DNA of 64,000 nucleotides from an uncultured Bacteroidota bacterium (GTDB taxonomy: Bacteria > Bacteroidota > Ignavibacteria > UBA10030 > UBA6906), in assembly GCA_963700635.1 (NCBI GenBank), contig CAVOYH010000003.1, positions 1 to 64,000 on the forward strand, written 5' to 3'. The notes below the pieces were generated by a model. That model did not search any database. It was not told the origin of the DNA and saw nothing but the letters and a program-made list of their open reading frames with translations. Made by a program: the position numbers and the translations under genes. Positions 42,541 to 53,312 of this stretch are shown here, in pieces (position 1 is the first letter of the stretch; every line of letters begins with the position of its first letter).

Positions 42541-43692
42541 CTATTTCGTCGAAAAACGGTAGACAATTTTAGATGAATATGACTGCCCCGGCTCCAACAC
42601 TACCGATGGAAAACCCGGCTTGTTGGGCGAATCCGGAAAATGCTGCGGCTCCAGGCAGAAACCATGACGGAATTCGTATTTCACCCCACCTTTGCCCACC
42701 AACGTGCCGTCCAGGAAATTCCCGGAATAGAACTGCACCCCCGGCTGATCGGACAATACCTCCAGCACCCGCCCGGTAGTTTCCTCCACAACCCGGGCAT
42801 TGACCGTCAGCGATTGTTGAGGCGAATTTAATACCCAGTTATGATCGTACCCTCCCGGTCCCAGATGTAACTGCGGATCCCCGGCACCGATTCTCGACCC
42901 GATCGCTGTGGGAGTCCGGAAATCCATCGGGGTCCCGGTCACGTCCCGCAACTCGCCCGTCGGGATCAAGCCACCGTCCACCGGCGTGTACCGGTCTGCA
43001 TCGATCATCATCAGGTGTTCGAGTATGCTCTTCCCCGAAGTCGCCCCTGCCAGATTAAAGTAGGAATGCGCTGTCAGATTGATCGGAGTCGGCCGGTCCG
43101 TGGTGGCCGAGAAGTCAATCACGAGCTCGTTCCCCGCCTTGAGTGTGTAGACCACCTTCGCACGGAGATTGCCCGGGTACCCCTCTTCCCCGTCCTTACT
43201 CAGGTAGCTCAGCACAAGAGACTGGCCGTCAGGTGCATTCACCTGCTCGGCATCCCACACAACCTTGTCAAATCCTTTCAGACCACCGTGGAGATGGTTC
43301 GCCCCGTCATTCACGGTCAGTTGATAGGCCCGCCCCTCGAGCGTGAACCGCCCCTTGTCGATCCGGTTCCCGTACCGCCCGATCAGCGCGCCAAAATACG
43401 GAGTTGACTTGAGATAGTGCGCCAGCGAGTCATACCCCAGGACCACATCATCAAACTTCCCGTTACGGTCCGGGACGCGCATGGTGACGATAATCCCGCC
43501 GTAATTTGTGATCGTGACTTCCATACCGGCCGCGTTTTGTAATGTGTACAGGAAGACCTCCCGTCCATCCGGTGTTTTGCCAAATGCTGCAGCATGGTGT
43601 TTCATAGGATCCTCAGATGTACGTGAACAGCCCGTCATCCATCCCGCCGATATCACCAGCAGGCTGACAAGACCAGTGCGAACGACACTCAT
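42541..43692 (-). CDS. galM: aldose 1-epimerase (galactose mutarotase), with lipoprotein-like signal
   Basis: DDVVLGYD, GRYGNRI, HLHGG, NLTAHSYFNL, YDHNW, QFYSGNFLDG, CLEPQHFPDSPN. Confidence 0.95.
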   Translation of the reverse strand: MSVVRTGLVSLLVISAGWMTGCSRTSEDPMKHHAAAFGKTPDGREVFLYTLQNAAGMEVTITNYGGIIVTMRVPDRNGKFDDVVLGYDSLAHYLKSTPYFGALIGRYGNRIDKGRFTLEGRAYQLTVNDGANHLHGGLKGFDKVVWDAEQVNAPDGQSLVLSYLSKDGEEGYPGNLRAKVVYTLKAGNELVIDFSATTDRPTPINLTAHSYFNLAGATSGKSILEHLMMIDADRYTPVDGGLIPTGELRDVTGTPMDFRTPTAIGSRIGAGDPQLHLGPGGYDHNWVLNSPQQSLTVNARVVEETTGRVLEVLSDQPGVQFYSGNFLDGTLVGKGGVKYEFRHGFCLEPQHFPDSPNKPGFPSVVLEPGQSYSSKIVYRFSTK

Positions 43693-43739
43693 AGGAATAC
43701 CTCGCCGAAGTTGTGAACGTGAACTGATCAGTGACATAT

Positions 43740-45056
43740 TTAGTGCCCCCATACCGCCGTTCCGGTTGCGCGGAGATCAAGCACGCACAGACTATCCGAA
43801 CCGAAGACCTGTTCCATCAGACTCCGGTATCTTTCCACTTCGTTCCCCGGCAGGATCGTAAGCACGGTGCCTGCGAACCCTCCTCCATGGACACGGCATG
43901 CGCCCCGCTCCACCGATGCCAGAAAACCTTCCGTTAATGCCAGGGCAAGCGAAATGCCCTGTTCCGCGGGCGTCATGGGTGGAAAAGAATTCTGCAACCA
44001 CATCGCTGATGACCGGCCCGAGGCCTGTACCTGCGCGAGAAAATCGTCCGTTCTCCCCTCTTCCAGAGAACGTACCTGCTCGGACACACGTGTGACTTCC
44101 CTGACAAAATGCAGCGCCCGGAGAATGGCCCTGTCTCCTGTCGTTCGCCGGAGTCCCGGCAGAGCCCGGATGATTTCTCCTTCATCCACAATGTCCCGAC
44201 ACACGCTTCCACCCAGCGCCGTTGCCACAGCCTTCATTTCCGCCGGCACCGACGCGTACTCGCCGGTCAGCCCCGCATGACTTGCGCCGGTATGGACGAC
44301 CACGAGGCGCAGGCCCGACGTGCCAAGGGTGTGGCGTATCTGATGGACCGCGGGATGTACGGGATCCCCAAAATCAATCGCCACAATGCCCCCTACCGCA
44401 CATGCCAGTTGGTCCATCAGCCCGCAGGGTTTGCCAAAAAACACATTCTCTGCATACTGCCCGATCATGGCGATCTCATCCAGCGGAATCCTGCCGTTGT
44501 TGTAAAGAGCATTAAGAATTGTCGCAATAAGGACTTCAATGGACGCCGAGGAACTCAGCCCCGAGCCGGCAAGTATCTGGCTTTCCACGTGGGCGTGAAA
44601 TCCGCCAATGCTGTATCCTGCTTCCGCACACCGGGAGGTTATCCCCCGAATGAGCGCCGATGTTGTGCCGCGTTCATTTACGAGCGGCCGGAGATCTTCC
44701 AGCGACACTTCAAATGGCGAAGGATACGCGCTCGATGAGAATGTGATGGTATTGTCGTCTGATGTGTGCGCCGCAGCCACGGAATCGAGGGTCACACTTG
44801 CGGCAATAACACGCCCGTTGTTATGGTCGGTATGGTTCCCTCCGATCTCCACACGGCCGGGCGTACTGACGAAGAGCGAGGGTTCCTCCTGAAAAAGTGA
44901 AGTGTATCGCCGTCCGATCCCCGCATACCGGGTGAACGCATGTTCAGCATCATTCCCATATAGATGCTGAAGGAACTCCATCACACCGGCGTCTTTGCCG
45001 GCGAGGAGAGTCTTTCCCTGTTTTACTGGATGACCGATTCCAGACTGCGTGCCCAT
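43740..45056 (-). CDS. galK: galactokinase
   Basis: PGRVEIGGNHTDHN, GSGLSSSAS, GKPCGLMDQ, RVHGGGFAG. Confidence 0.93.
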   Translation of the reverse strand: MGTQSGIGHPVKQGKTLLAGKDAGVMEFLQHLYGNDAEHAFTRYAGIGRRYTSLFQEEPSLFVSTPGRVEIGGNHTDHNNGRVIAASVTLDSVAAAHTSDDNTITFSSSAYPSPFEVSLEDLRPLVNERGTTSALIRGITSRCAEAGYSIGGFHAHVESQILAGSGLSSSASIEVLIATILNALYNNGRIPLDEIAMIGQYAENVFFGKPCGLMDQLACAVGGIVAIDFGDPVHPAVHQIRHTLGTSGLRLVVVHTGASHAGLTGEYASVPAEMKAVATALGGSVCRDIVDEGEIIRALPGLRRTTGDRAILRALHFVREVTRVSEQVRSLEEGRTDDFLAQVQASGRSSAMWLQNSFPPMTPAEQGISLALALTEGFLASVERGACRVHGGGFAGTVLTILPGNEVERYRSLMEQVFGSDSLCVLDLRATGTAVWGH

Positions 45057-45075
45057 GCACCTGGTCCTTCTCTTG

Positions 45076-46140
45076 TCAATTGTTCCCGCGGGTCAACACG
45101 GACGCACAGACGCCCCTCAGAACATCCGCGGCAGATTCGGGAGTAAGATCCCGTTGTGGCTCGGCGAGCATTTCGTAGCCCACCATGTACTTCCGGACTG
45201 TCGCCGAGCGCAACAGCGGAGGGTAGATGTGTGCGTGGAGCTGCCAGTGGTCAACGTTCTCCGGTTGGTATGGGGCTCCGTGCCATCCCAGCGTGTAGGG
45301 GAATGAGACTGAAAACAGCGCGTCGTATCCGGCAAGCACTGTGTGCAGGAGTTGTGCGAGCGTCTCCCGTTGTACGATGTTCAGATCAGGAAGTCGCAGG
45401 ACGTGTGCGCGCGGCATCAGCAGGAGTTCGAATGGCCAGACAGCCCAGTACGGGACCACGGCAACCCACTGTTCATTTTCTGCGACCACACGTTCCGCGA
45501 TCGCACGTTCCTGTGCGCAGTAATCTTCCAGCAGGATGGATCCCTGCAGGGTGAGATATTTCTGCTGGGCGGCATGCTCTTTTAAGGGCTCATTCGGAAG
45601 CATCGAACCCGCCCAGATTTGTCCGTGGGGATGCGGGTTGGAACATCCCATCATCCCCCCCTTGTTCTCAAACACCTGCACCCATCTGTACTTCTCACCG
45701 AGCACCGCCGTTTCACTCGCCCAGGCATCCACAACGTTCCGTACGTCCGTCTGAGGAAGTTCCGCCAGCGTAAGGTTGTGCCGCGGAGAGAAGCAGACGA
45801 CGCGGGAGGTCCCGGTGACGGTTTCCCGCTGGAAGAGCGGATCTGCCCGGGGTGACCGGGCGACAGGTTCCGGCGGATGTATTACCCCCGTTATGCCCGG
45901 AAGGAGCGCGGGAAAGTCGTTGTCAAAGACAAACGTAGAGGAGTAGTCGGGATTGATCTCCCCGTTGGCCCTCGTATTCCCCGGACAGAGGTAGCACTCC
46001 GGATCATAGGCAGGCAGGGAAACGGGAGGGAGAGCACCTATTTCCCCCTGCCATGGTCGCCGGTTTCGTTGAGGGGAAACCAGCACCCATTCTCCTGTAA
46101 GCGGGTTCCGTCGGCGGTGTGGGTGTTGTATGGAAGTCAT
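45076..46140 (-). CDS. galT: galactose-1-phosphate uridylyltransferase
   Basis: [59 protein letters not shown]. Confidence 0.96.
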   Translation of the reverse strand: MTSIQHPHRRRNPLTGEWVLVSPQRNRRPWQGEIGALPPVSLPAYDPECYLCPGNTRANGEINPDYSSTFVFDNDFPALLPGITGVIHPPEPVARSPRADPLFQRETVTGTSRVVCFSPRHNLTLAELPQTDVRNVVDAWASETAVLGEKYRWVQVFENKGGMMGCSNPHPHGQIWAGSMLPNEPLKEHAAQQKYLTLQGSILLEDYCAQERAIAERVVAENEQWVAVVPYWAVWPFELLLMPRAHVLRLPDLNIVQRETLAQLLHTVLAGYDALFSVSFPYTLGWHGAPYQPENVDHWQLHAHIYPPLLRSATVRKYMVGYEMLAEPQRDLTPESAADVLRGVCASVLTRGNN

Positions 46141-46165
46141 TACGGTACGAATTCGCTCTGCAACC

Positions 46166-46185
46166 TTCGATGTTAGCGCTAACAT
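46166..46185. promoter_or_regulatory. LacI-type palindromic operator, copy 2, upstream of galT
   Basis: atgttagcgctaacat is a perfect 16-bp palindrome at 46170-46185, about 30 nt before the galT ATG. Confidence 0.8.
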
Positions 46186-46195
46186 AAGAAACCTA

Positions 46196-46222
46196 CAAAA
46201 ACCCCCGCTGCGCATCGGGGGC
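46196..46222 (-). terminator. intrinsic terminator-like hairpin
   Basis: Minus strand cccccg-atgcgcag-cggggg followed by TTTTT. Confidence 0.55.
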
Positions 46223-46235
46223 AAACTCTGGCCTC

Positions 46236-46264
46236 ATCATACAAAGTGAAAAGTCAAATGTCAA
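46236..46264 (-). promoter_or_regulatory. near-consensus sigma70 promoter upstream of galT
   Basis: TTGACA (46264-46259), 17-nt spacer, TATGAT (46241-46236). Confidence 0.65.
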
Positions 46265-46284
46265 GTCACCCAGGAAAAAATGCC

Positions 46285-48210
46285 CTATCGCATCAAAATC
46301 ATCTTGCGCGTGCCCGTGTATCTCTTCCCGGGATCTCTCCGGGGCGTCGCAAGCAACCGGTAATAGTAGACGCCGGACGTAACGTCTGCTGCCCAGGTTA
46401 CATTATGAAAACCCCCGTCCTGCTCCCCGTCAACCAGCAAGGAGACCTGCTGGCCCAGCGTTGTAAACACCTCCAACCGGACGTGACACGGCTCCGGAAG
46501 TGCATAACGAAACGTGGTCGTCGAGTTGAAGGGATTCGGAAAATTCTGAAACAACTCGAATTCCCCCGGCAATTCGCTCCGCCCGCCCGATACCCCCGGT
46601 GGAACCCCGTCACCGTTGAGTGGAATCTGGTGCGGAGACTCCATGGCGTTGCTCACGACAATCAGCGTGTCCCGAAAGTGCCGGACGCTGTCGGGGAAGA
46701 AATACAGCGGCAGCCGGAGGGTGTCGCCCTGCACCAGGGTTGCCGGAAGCGCCGGACGCGTGAACCGGAATGCCCGTGTTGTTGTCTGAATGGATTCAAT
46801 CCGCAGCCTGCTGAGAGAGCCGTTGGTTATCCGGACTACTACTCCCGCCGTATCCCCCCTGGACACGGGAGGAAATTCGATCCGGTTGACACCGGTCACC
46901 AGGCGAGGATGGGGTGTGATGCCCAGAACCGGTATCCTGACCGGCCCCCACCAGGAGTTGTTGTAGAGTACCATCGTGTCGGTGTGTGTTCCGAACTGCG
47001 TGGGCGTGTACCGGAACGAAAGCATCACCGTATCTGCCTGTCCCACGTGCACCCTCTTGACCAACGAACGGAACGTCCTGTTCCTGTTTCCCACGGAATC
47101 AATGCGCAGCGTATTCACCGATCGGTTCGTGACACGAAGCACCACAAACGTTGTATCGTATGCGGCGACCTCGCCAAAATGCAGAGCCGGCGGCTCTATC
47201 CAGAGCCTGGGAGACGGCGACTCACCGCGCAGGACCACCCGGCCAAGTCCGCCGTCACTCTCCACAAAGCAGGTATCCGTGTAACTGCCGAACGCGTCGG
47301 GCCGGAACGCCCTGAGATGAAACCGGACCGGAACCCGCAACGTATCGCCCGGCTCCAGTTTTCGAACAGGTAGAAATGAAGCACTGAAAAATTCTGTCCG
47401 TGTCCACACCCTTCGCACCGTCAGCTTATTCAACGGTCCGCCATTGACAAAGACCAGCGCAGAGGCTGCGGAATCAGTCACCGCAACCGGACCCAGCGTT
47501 ACCTGTGACACGGCCGACAACAGCACCGGGGGGGAGCAGCGTGCGAGAAGCGGCACTGTGCACATGCCCTCGTCCGTATAGAGGACAACGGTATCAATCG
47601 CACTTCCAAACTCCAGCGGCCGATACCGGTAGTGCATCACCACACTGTCTCCTGCCGGGAGCACCGCAGGCAGGATTGTGCCGGAACGGAGATGCGGATG
47701 ACGGGAGAGCGAATCGACGATAATCGGGAACCCTGAACGATTACGCAGAACTGCAAAGGCGACCGTGGTTTCGTTTCTCCGCGAGTCGGGTATCACGATC
47801 GACCCGCTGACCGGAGATGGCCCGGTCACGAAGTCTCCCCTCGTGGAAAACCTGACCACGCTGTCCCGGCTGCTCACCCCCACCCGCCAGAAATAGTGCG
47901 TGCTGTTGAGAAGCACCTTGTCCGGCAGGAACGTGGTATCGCCGGCGGCCAACCTGTACTCGATCACATCCTCAAAGAGCGTATCGGCAGCGATGTCAAG
48001 AACTACAAACTCTGTTCCGTACCCACCGCTCCAGCGGAACTGCGGCCTCACGGAGACTCCGGCAGAGCCTGAATCCGGCGCAAGGAGAATGGGGGCCCGG
48101 AGTGTATCAGTGCGACCCACCCCCATCCGGGACTGACCCTGGCTGAAACACAGTCCACCACAAAGAAGCATCAACAGTACAGGGCCTGACGCCCTTGCCG
48201 CAACATACAT
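46285..48210 (-). CDS. Ig-like repeat (ASH/choice-of-anchor-D-like) surface protein with T9SS C-terminal domain
   Basis: About four repeats of the type LHFGEV...LRVTNRS..LRIDS...FRYTP..FG...DT. CTD LFQNFPNPFNSTT...SGVYYYRL...KMILMR. Confidence 0.75.
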   Translation of the reverse strand: MYVAARASGPVLLMLLCGGLCFSQGQSRMGVGRTDTLRAPILLAPDSGSAGVSVRPQFRWSGGYGTEFVVLDIAADTLFEDVIEYRLAAGDTTFLPDKVLLNSTHYFWRVGVSSRDSVVRFSTRGDFVTGPSPVSGSIVIPDSRRNETTVAFAVLRNRSGFPIIVDSLSRHPHLRSGTILPAVLPAGDSVVMHYRYRPLEFGSAIDTVVLYTDEGMCTVPLLARCSPPVLLSAVSQVTLGPVAVTDSAASALVFVNGGPLNKLTVRRVWTRTEFFSASFLPVRKLEPGDTLRVPVRFHLRAFRPDAFGSYTDTCFVESDGGLGRVVLRGESPSPRLWIEPPALHFGEVAAYDTTFVVLRVTNRSVNTLRIDSVGNRNRTFRSLVKRVHVGQADTVMLSFRYTPTQFGTHTDTMVLYNNSWWGPVRIPVLGITPHPRLVTGVNRIEFPPVSRGDTAGVVVRITNGSLSRLRIESIQTTTRAFRFTRPALPATLVQGDTLRLPLYFFPDSVRHFRDTLIVVSNAMESPHQIPLNGDGVPPGVSGGRSELPGEFELFQNFPNPFNSTTTFRYALPEPCHVRLEVFTTLGQQVSLLVDGEQDGGFHNVTWAADVTSGVYYYRLLATPRRDPGKRYTGTRKMILMR

Positions 48211-48235
48211 GGTACCGCCCGTCCAATCCGGAATG

Positions 48236-50026
48236 TTATCCAGTAAAATAGAGATACGCCGCAAGAATAAGGAGGACCACAATCACTGATGCGGCAACAT
48301 CCCCTCGTGTCCAGCTGGCCCGGCTGGTTTCACGGTCTTCAGAGGAAAGCGTGCCGTATGTCAGCCCGCTGATCTTTTCGTACGCAGGGGGAGCCGTCAT
48401 CATGCTCACAACCACCATCACCAGCGCACTCAGAATGAGGATAACGATACTATAGTATTGGAAGAACATATTGTTCATTATCCAGAAAAATGATCCGGGC
48501 GCATACACAAATCCCTCGACTAGCTTCACCGGTGTGTCGATGGCCAGCCGTGCCAGGCCGAGAATAAAGCCGGTGATGAGTGCTGCAAGAGCACCCTTTG
48601 CATTCAGGCGTTTGAAGAACACACCAAAGAAAAACACGACAAAAATCGGCGGTGCCAGATAGGCCTGGATTCCCTGGAGATAGTCGTAGAGACCCTTCCC
48701 GCCCTGGATCACGGGTATCCACGCCAGACCGATCAGCACCATTACTCCTGTCGCAACCCGACCCACCCAGACGAGTCTTTCCTGGCTGACATTCGGCCGG
48801 AGACGTGAATAAAAATCCATCGTGAAGAGCGTCGATGAGGCATTAAAGACCCCCGCCAGTGAACTCATCAGTGCGGCGAGCAACCCCGCCACAACAAGCC
48901 CGCGCACGCCTATCGGCAATACCTGTGTCACCAGCAACGGAAAAGCTTTCTGAGCGTTATCCCGGATCACCTGTCCGTCCGGACCGACGAGCTGTTCCTG
49001 GAGGGACGGGTTCAGGCCTGATTTGGCGAGCGCGATGGCAATGATTCCAGGGATGATGAAGATAAAGACGGGGAGCAATTTGAAGAACGAGGCGGCAATC
49101 GTGCCGCGCCGGGCCTCGGATTCATTCGGGGCGCCGAGCGTGCGCTGCACGATATACTGATCCGTGCACCAGTACCAGAGTCCGATTATCGGTGCACAGA
49201 AAAGCATGCCCAGCCACGGATAATTGTCGTTAAAATACCACGCCATCCGTCCCGCCTCCTTCACCGGAGCCCAGGTGCTCTCCAGACCGGCCGGCACGAG
49301 GGGCTTCCAGAGGTTGAACATCTCCGGGTCAACGAGTGAACGAAGTGCGGACCATCCTCCAAGAGCCTGGAGGCCAAAGATCGTGACGAGGGCCGAACCG
49401 AGAATGAGGATGATCGTCTGCAATGCCTCCGTGTAGGCAACCGCACGCATACCGCCGACGGTGGTGTACAGCCCGGTGATCACAATCACGAAGATCGACC
49501 CCAGCCAGAAACTGTCCATCCCCATAAATCGCAGGTCCGGAAGGAGTACGGAGAACACGATACCTCCCGCAAAAATCCCGACGGCAATCTTGGTCAGAAC
49601 ATACGCCACGAGCGATATCACGGAGAGCACCGTTCGGGCCATCGGCGAGTACCTGCGTTCCAGAAATTCCGGCATGGTGAACACCCGTGAACGCATATAG
49701 AATGGAACCATCACCCAGCCGAGGACAAGCAAACACCATGCATGGAGTTCGTAGTGGGCCATGGCCACACCATCGGTTGCCCCTGACCCGGCAAGTCCGA
49801 CAAGGTGCTCCGAGCCGATGTTGGAGGCAAAGATCGAAGCGCCCACGATAAACCACCCGAGATGGCGGCCGGCAAGGAAATAATCAGCGGGTGTCTCCTG
49901 TTTCTTCCGCATCACCCACCATGCAATGCCAAGAACAATGCAGAAATAGGCTGCGATGACAAGCCAGTCAACAACGGTGAGGATTTCCAAAGCAGGGCCT
50001 CCTGTGTGAATTGGTTCGTGGATCAC
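48236..50026 (-). CDS. sodium:solute symporter (SGLT-like sugar transporter)
   Basis: DYFLAGR, SIFASNIGSEHLVGLAG, TMPEFLERR, GGMRAVAYT, WYWCTDQYIVQR, AALMSSL. Confidence 0.95.
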   Translation of the reverse strand: MIHEPIHTGGPALEILTVVDWLVIAAYFCIVLGIAWWVMRKKQETPADYFLAGRHLGWFIVGASIFASNIGSEHLVGLAGSGATDGVAMAHYELHAWCLLVLGWVMVPFYMRSRVFTMPEFLERRYSPMARTVLSVISLVAYVLTKIAVGIFAGGIVFSVLLPDLRFMGMDSFWLGSIFVIVITGLYTTVGGMRAVAYTEALQTIILILGSALVTIFGLQALGGWSALRSLVDPEMFNLWKPLVPAGLESTWAPVKEAGRMAWYFNDNYPWLGMLFCAPIIGLWYWCTDQYIVQRTLGAPNESEARRGTIAASFFKLLPVFIFIIPGIIAIALAKSGLNPSLQEQLVGPDGQVIRDNAQKAFPLLVTQVLPIGVRGLVVAGLLAALMSSLAGVFNASSTLFTMDFYSRLRPNVSQERLVWVGRVATGVMVLIGLAWIPVIQGGKGLYDYLQGIQAYLAPPIFVVFFFGVFFKRLNAKGALAALITGFILGLARLAIDTPVKLVEGFVYAPGSFFWIMNNMFFQYYSIVILILSALVMVVVSMMTAPPAYEKISGLTYGTLSSEDRETSRASWTRGDVAASVIVVLLILAAYLYFTG

Positions 50027-50058
50027 GTGAGCATAAGAACACCGGACACAGGCATCTC

Positions 50059-51438
50059 CTACTGTCCCGCCCGGCGGGACGACGCTACGATGGGAGGCGG
50101 ACCGTGTGTCAATTGAAACATCTTTTCTGCGTGACGCTTCAGGATGTGCACCGTTGTGGAATCGGTGTCATACACCGCATTAAACCCCTGGGGCTCATGG
50201 GGGGGATCGCCAAGAAGCTGGTCACCCGGTTTCCACACACCATCGTTGCGCACGCCGTGCGCTTCACCGCCCCAGGCCCAGAAATTTGATCCCGCTATCG
50301 GCGCACCGGAACGCGCAGAGTCATGGATCGCGGAAGTAAGAAATTGAAAGTACTCGTCACGCGCAGCGGTAGGCGATCCGGGTTGGATGTCACCCCTGTC
50401 TCTGCTGAGCCCGAACTCTTCCAGGACGATGGGTTTGTTCAGCTGTTTCGCGAGAGCAAGGTGCTGTAGGAGATACTGCCGGCTGCTGTCCATGGCTGCC
50501 GGGAGCGTCTCCGTGGGTTTTAACGGGTCGAACCACCGCCAGTTGTACGGCCAGAGGTGGAACGTGAGATAGTCAACATGCGGTGTTCGGTGCGCACGAA
50601 GGTAATAATCCTCCGAAAGAAGACATCCAACCGTTCCTTCACTTCCGGTCGATACGAGATGATTCGTGTCCAGCGAGCGGATGTACCCTGCCGTTGACAC
50701 GATCCATTCGAGAAAGTATGGCAGGTTTTTCTCTCCTCCGGGGCCCACCATGCCGGGCCGGGGTTCATTCGCCAGTTGCCAGGACATGATCGCGGGATCT
50801 TCGCTGTAGAGACGGTCGTTGACCGTGTTCCGGCGTGTGATAATACGCCGGATATGATCCCGGTAATAAACATTTGCCTGCTGGTTCGTATAGAATGTTG
50901 CGGCATACTCCACAAAATCACCCCAGAACCGGGATGTGTCGGATGGATCCACACCCGGCTTCCCTTCAACCCAGGCCACATATGCAGACATGCCCCCCGA
51001 CCATTCCCAGAAATTGTTCAGGTAAAGGACCGCACGCATGCCACGGTCGGCCATCCCGGCGAGGAGAAAATCGAGACCGCGGAGGAGGTCTTCGTCGATT
51101 TCTCCGGGGCCCCTCTGCATGGCGGGCCGTGTCGCCCTGGCAACATAGGATGATTCACTGGCAGCGAGAATCCGGAGATTGTTGATTCCATGCGACGAGA
51201 GAAGGTCCAATTCACGGAGGAGGCGATCCCGGTTGCCTGTCGGACCGGGAGAGCCGAGATAACACCCGTACCACATATTGGCACCGGCAAAATAGTACGG
51301 AGATCCGTCTATGGTGAACCGGGTTCCATTCACCCTGACAAAATGTTCGTTCATATCAAAGAGTCCGATGCCTGAGCAGGCACCAAGAAAAAGAGCGGCC
51401 GCGGCACAGAGTGGGACGCGAAGGTAGCTGAAGTTCAT
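50059..51438 (-). CDS. GH5 beta-mannanase/mannosidase (GH5_7-like) lipoprotein
   Basis: Lipobox LGAC, YFAGANMWY, LNNFWEWSGGM, acid/base WQLANEPR, nucleophile VLEEFG, NFWAWGG, GDPPHEPQG. Confidence 0.9.
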   Translation of the reverse strand: MNFSYLRVPLCAAAALFLGACSGIGLFDMNEHFVRVNGTRFTIDGSPYYFAGANMWYGCYLGSPGPTGNRDRLLRELDLLSSHGINNLRILAASESSYVARATRPAMQRGPGEIDEDLLRGLDFLLAGMADRGMRAVLYLNNFWEWSGGMSAYVAWVEGKPGVDPSDTSRFWGDFVEYAATFYTNQQANVYYRDHIRRIITRRNTVNDRLYSEDPAIMSWQLANEPRPGMVGPGGEKNLPYFLEWIVSTAGYIRSLDTNHLVSTGSEGTVGCLLSEDYYLRAHRTPHVDYLTFHLWPYNWRWFDPLKPTETLPAAMDSSRQYLLQHLALAKQLNKPIVLEEFGLSRDRGDIQPGSPTAARDEYFQFLTSAIHDSARSGAPIAGSNFWAWGGEAHGVRNDGVWKPGDQLLGDPPHEPQGFNAVYDTDSTTVHILKRHAEKMFQLTHGPPPIVASSRRAGQ

Positions 51439-51557
51439 AGGAAGGTATGGACTATTGTGTAGATTAACTGTATAATTTCCATAAATGCAACATGTTTTCA
51501 CGGATTGACTTTTTTTCACACTGATCCTGTGAACAACCCGACATCAGAGGAGCAGGA

Positions 51558-52124
51558 ATGACGATCCAGCACCGGCTTACACGGACTGATTTTGAAGCAG
51601 CGCTAACCCCCGCAACACTTCGCACCATGGCAATACTCCACATGGCCCTCGCGGCTGCGCCCCTGTTGTACGTTATACCTTTGCTGATCCTGCTCCAGGG
51701 CAGCGGTCTTACGACGCCACGCGATGATGACTTCTTCCTGGTCAACATTCTGACACTTGCTCACCTGCTGGTGCTCCTGACTGCCCTCTATCTGGGAACG
51801 TTTCTGTTTCAGCGCTTCTTTTCACCTTCGCGGCTGGTTGACACGGAAGAGTCCGGGCCCGGACACCTGGCGTTGCGTGTCCTTGGGCTCCTGCGGAGTG
51901 CAATTATAGCCCGCCTCGTGCTGCTTGAGGGCGCTTCGTTTTTCGGGTTGGCCGTCTGTATCATCGCCATCCTTCGCGGCGTCGCTGCCGTTGAACCATT
52001 GTACTATGTCAACCTGGGGTCGATTTTTGTCCTGGCCGGGTACGGTGTGCTGACATTCCCGACGAAGGAGAGGCTTGTTATGGTGTTCGAGGAGAGTTTT
52101 TTATCAGGCCGCGCGGCGGGCTGA
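51558..52124 (+). CDS. hypothetical four-TM membrane protein
   Basis: Four hydrophobic segments. RBS AGGA. Transcribed divergently from the GH5 gene across an AT-rich spacer. Confidence 0.7.
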   Translation: MTIQHRLTRTDFEAALTPATLRTMAILHMALAAAPLLYVIPLLILLQGSGLTTPRDDDFFLVNILTLAHLLVLLTALYLGTFLFQRFFSPSRLVDTEESGPGHLALRVLGLLRSAIIARLVLLEGASFFGLAVCIIAILRGVAAVEPLYYVNLGSIFVLAGYGVLTFPTKERLVMVFEESFLSGRAAG

Positions 52125-52328
52125 GTGAGATGGGGGAAGGAAGATGGGAATTGAAACGTTATGATGTCGCGCGCGCAATGCAGATGCTTGACTACTCCGG
52201 GTGTAAGAAGCACTGGAATCCGGTAGGGTTACCAACCAGACTAAACGTTCGGGAGTTAAAACGTGTGCTCCGGACACCCGTGGCGCACACACCCGGCTCC
52301 CGCCAGCCTCCCCGTAGCATTACTTACC

Positions 52329-53312
52329 CTACCCCCCCGGCACCAGAAGCCAGCTGAACTTTTCTGATCCCGTGAGGGACACCCGCCCTGCCATCTTTCG
52401 GTACCGCTCCGCCAGGCCGCAAACATAATCCTGAGCTTTTGCGGCAAGATCTGAAAGCCCCGAAAGGCGTTCGACGTTCCAGGTCCTGACAAGGTCATCC
52501 ACGATGTCCGCGTAATCTCCCGCCGTGTACACACCAGTCTGCTGGGCCACCTTTGAGAACTTCGCAAAAAGGTGCTCATCGACCCCATCGTACATCAGTA
52601 CGGCAGGCATGGTGATCTTACGTTTCATCATGGTCGAAAATGCGAGGACGGCCTCGGCGGGATCCAGTTCAAACACCCTGTTCATGAACAGCTTGTACGC
52701 CTTTTCATGCCGGGCTTCGTCGCCTGCGATGACGCCGCAGATAGCATGAAGGGTATCCTCGCCGGCACGTTTCGCCAGGGTCGCGACGTTCCGGTGGGAG
52801 ATTTTTGTTGCCCGTTCCTGAAATGACGTGTACACAAAACCCAGGTACGGATCGTTTTCGGCCTGCGGGTCAAAACCCCGGTTCAGTAGATGGTGTATCG
52901 TGGTCTCCACCGCCCGCATATTAACCCGGCCCGTAAATGTAAGGTATCGGTTCAAAAGATCCCCATGCCGGTTCTCCTCAGATGTCCAACCCCGGCTCCA
53001 CTGCGCCCATGGATTGTCGCTGACCCCGGTGGGGTCAACAAGCCCGCGCAGCCGGTTCAGCCAGCTCTGATATGTGGGCAAGGCTTCTTCCGTCACCATA
53101 TCCCCCACCAGGACAGCAAGGATATCCTCGGGAAGAACCTTCGCGCGTTCGCGGAATTCGGTCAGGCGCTGTGCCCAGTCCTCCGCATTCAGGTCAGGAA
53201 GGAAATCTGAAGGTTGCCAGCTCTCCTCCACCGGCTTCAGCAACGAACCAATGTGTTCGCGCACAAAGCCCTGCATACTCTCAACCACCTCTACATGGCG
53301 TTCCATCGACAT
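52329..53312 (-). CDS. soluble di-iron acyl-ACP desaturase (plant/mycobacterial DesA-like)
   Basis: WQPSDFLP, TEEALPTY, WTSEENRHG, FQERAT, DEARHE. Confidence 0.92.
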   Translation of the reverse strand: MSMERHVEVVESMQGFVREHIGSLLKPVEESWQPSDFLPDLNAEDWAQRLTEFRERAKVLPEDILAVLVGDMVTEEALPTYQSWLNRLRGLVDPTGVSDNPWAQWSRGWTSEENRHGDLLNRYLTFTGRVNMRAVETTIHHLLNRGFDPQAENDPYLGFVYTSFQERATKISHRNVATLAKRAGEDTLHAICGVIAGDEARHEKAYKLFMNRVFELDPAEAVLAFSTMMKRKITMPAVLMYDGVDEHLFAKFSKVAQQTGVYTAGDYADIVDDLVRTWNVERLSGLSDLAAKAQDYVCGLAERYRKMAGRVSLTGSEKFSWLLVPGG

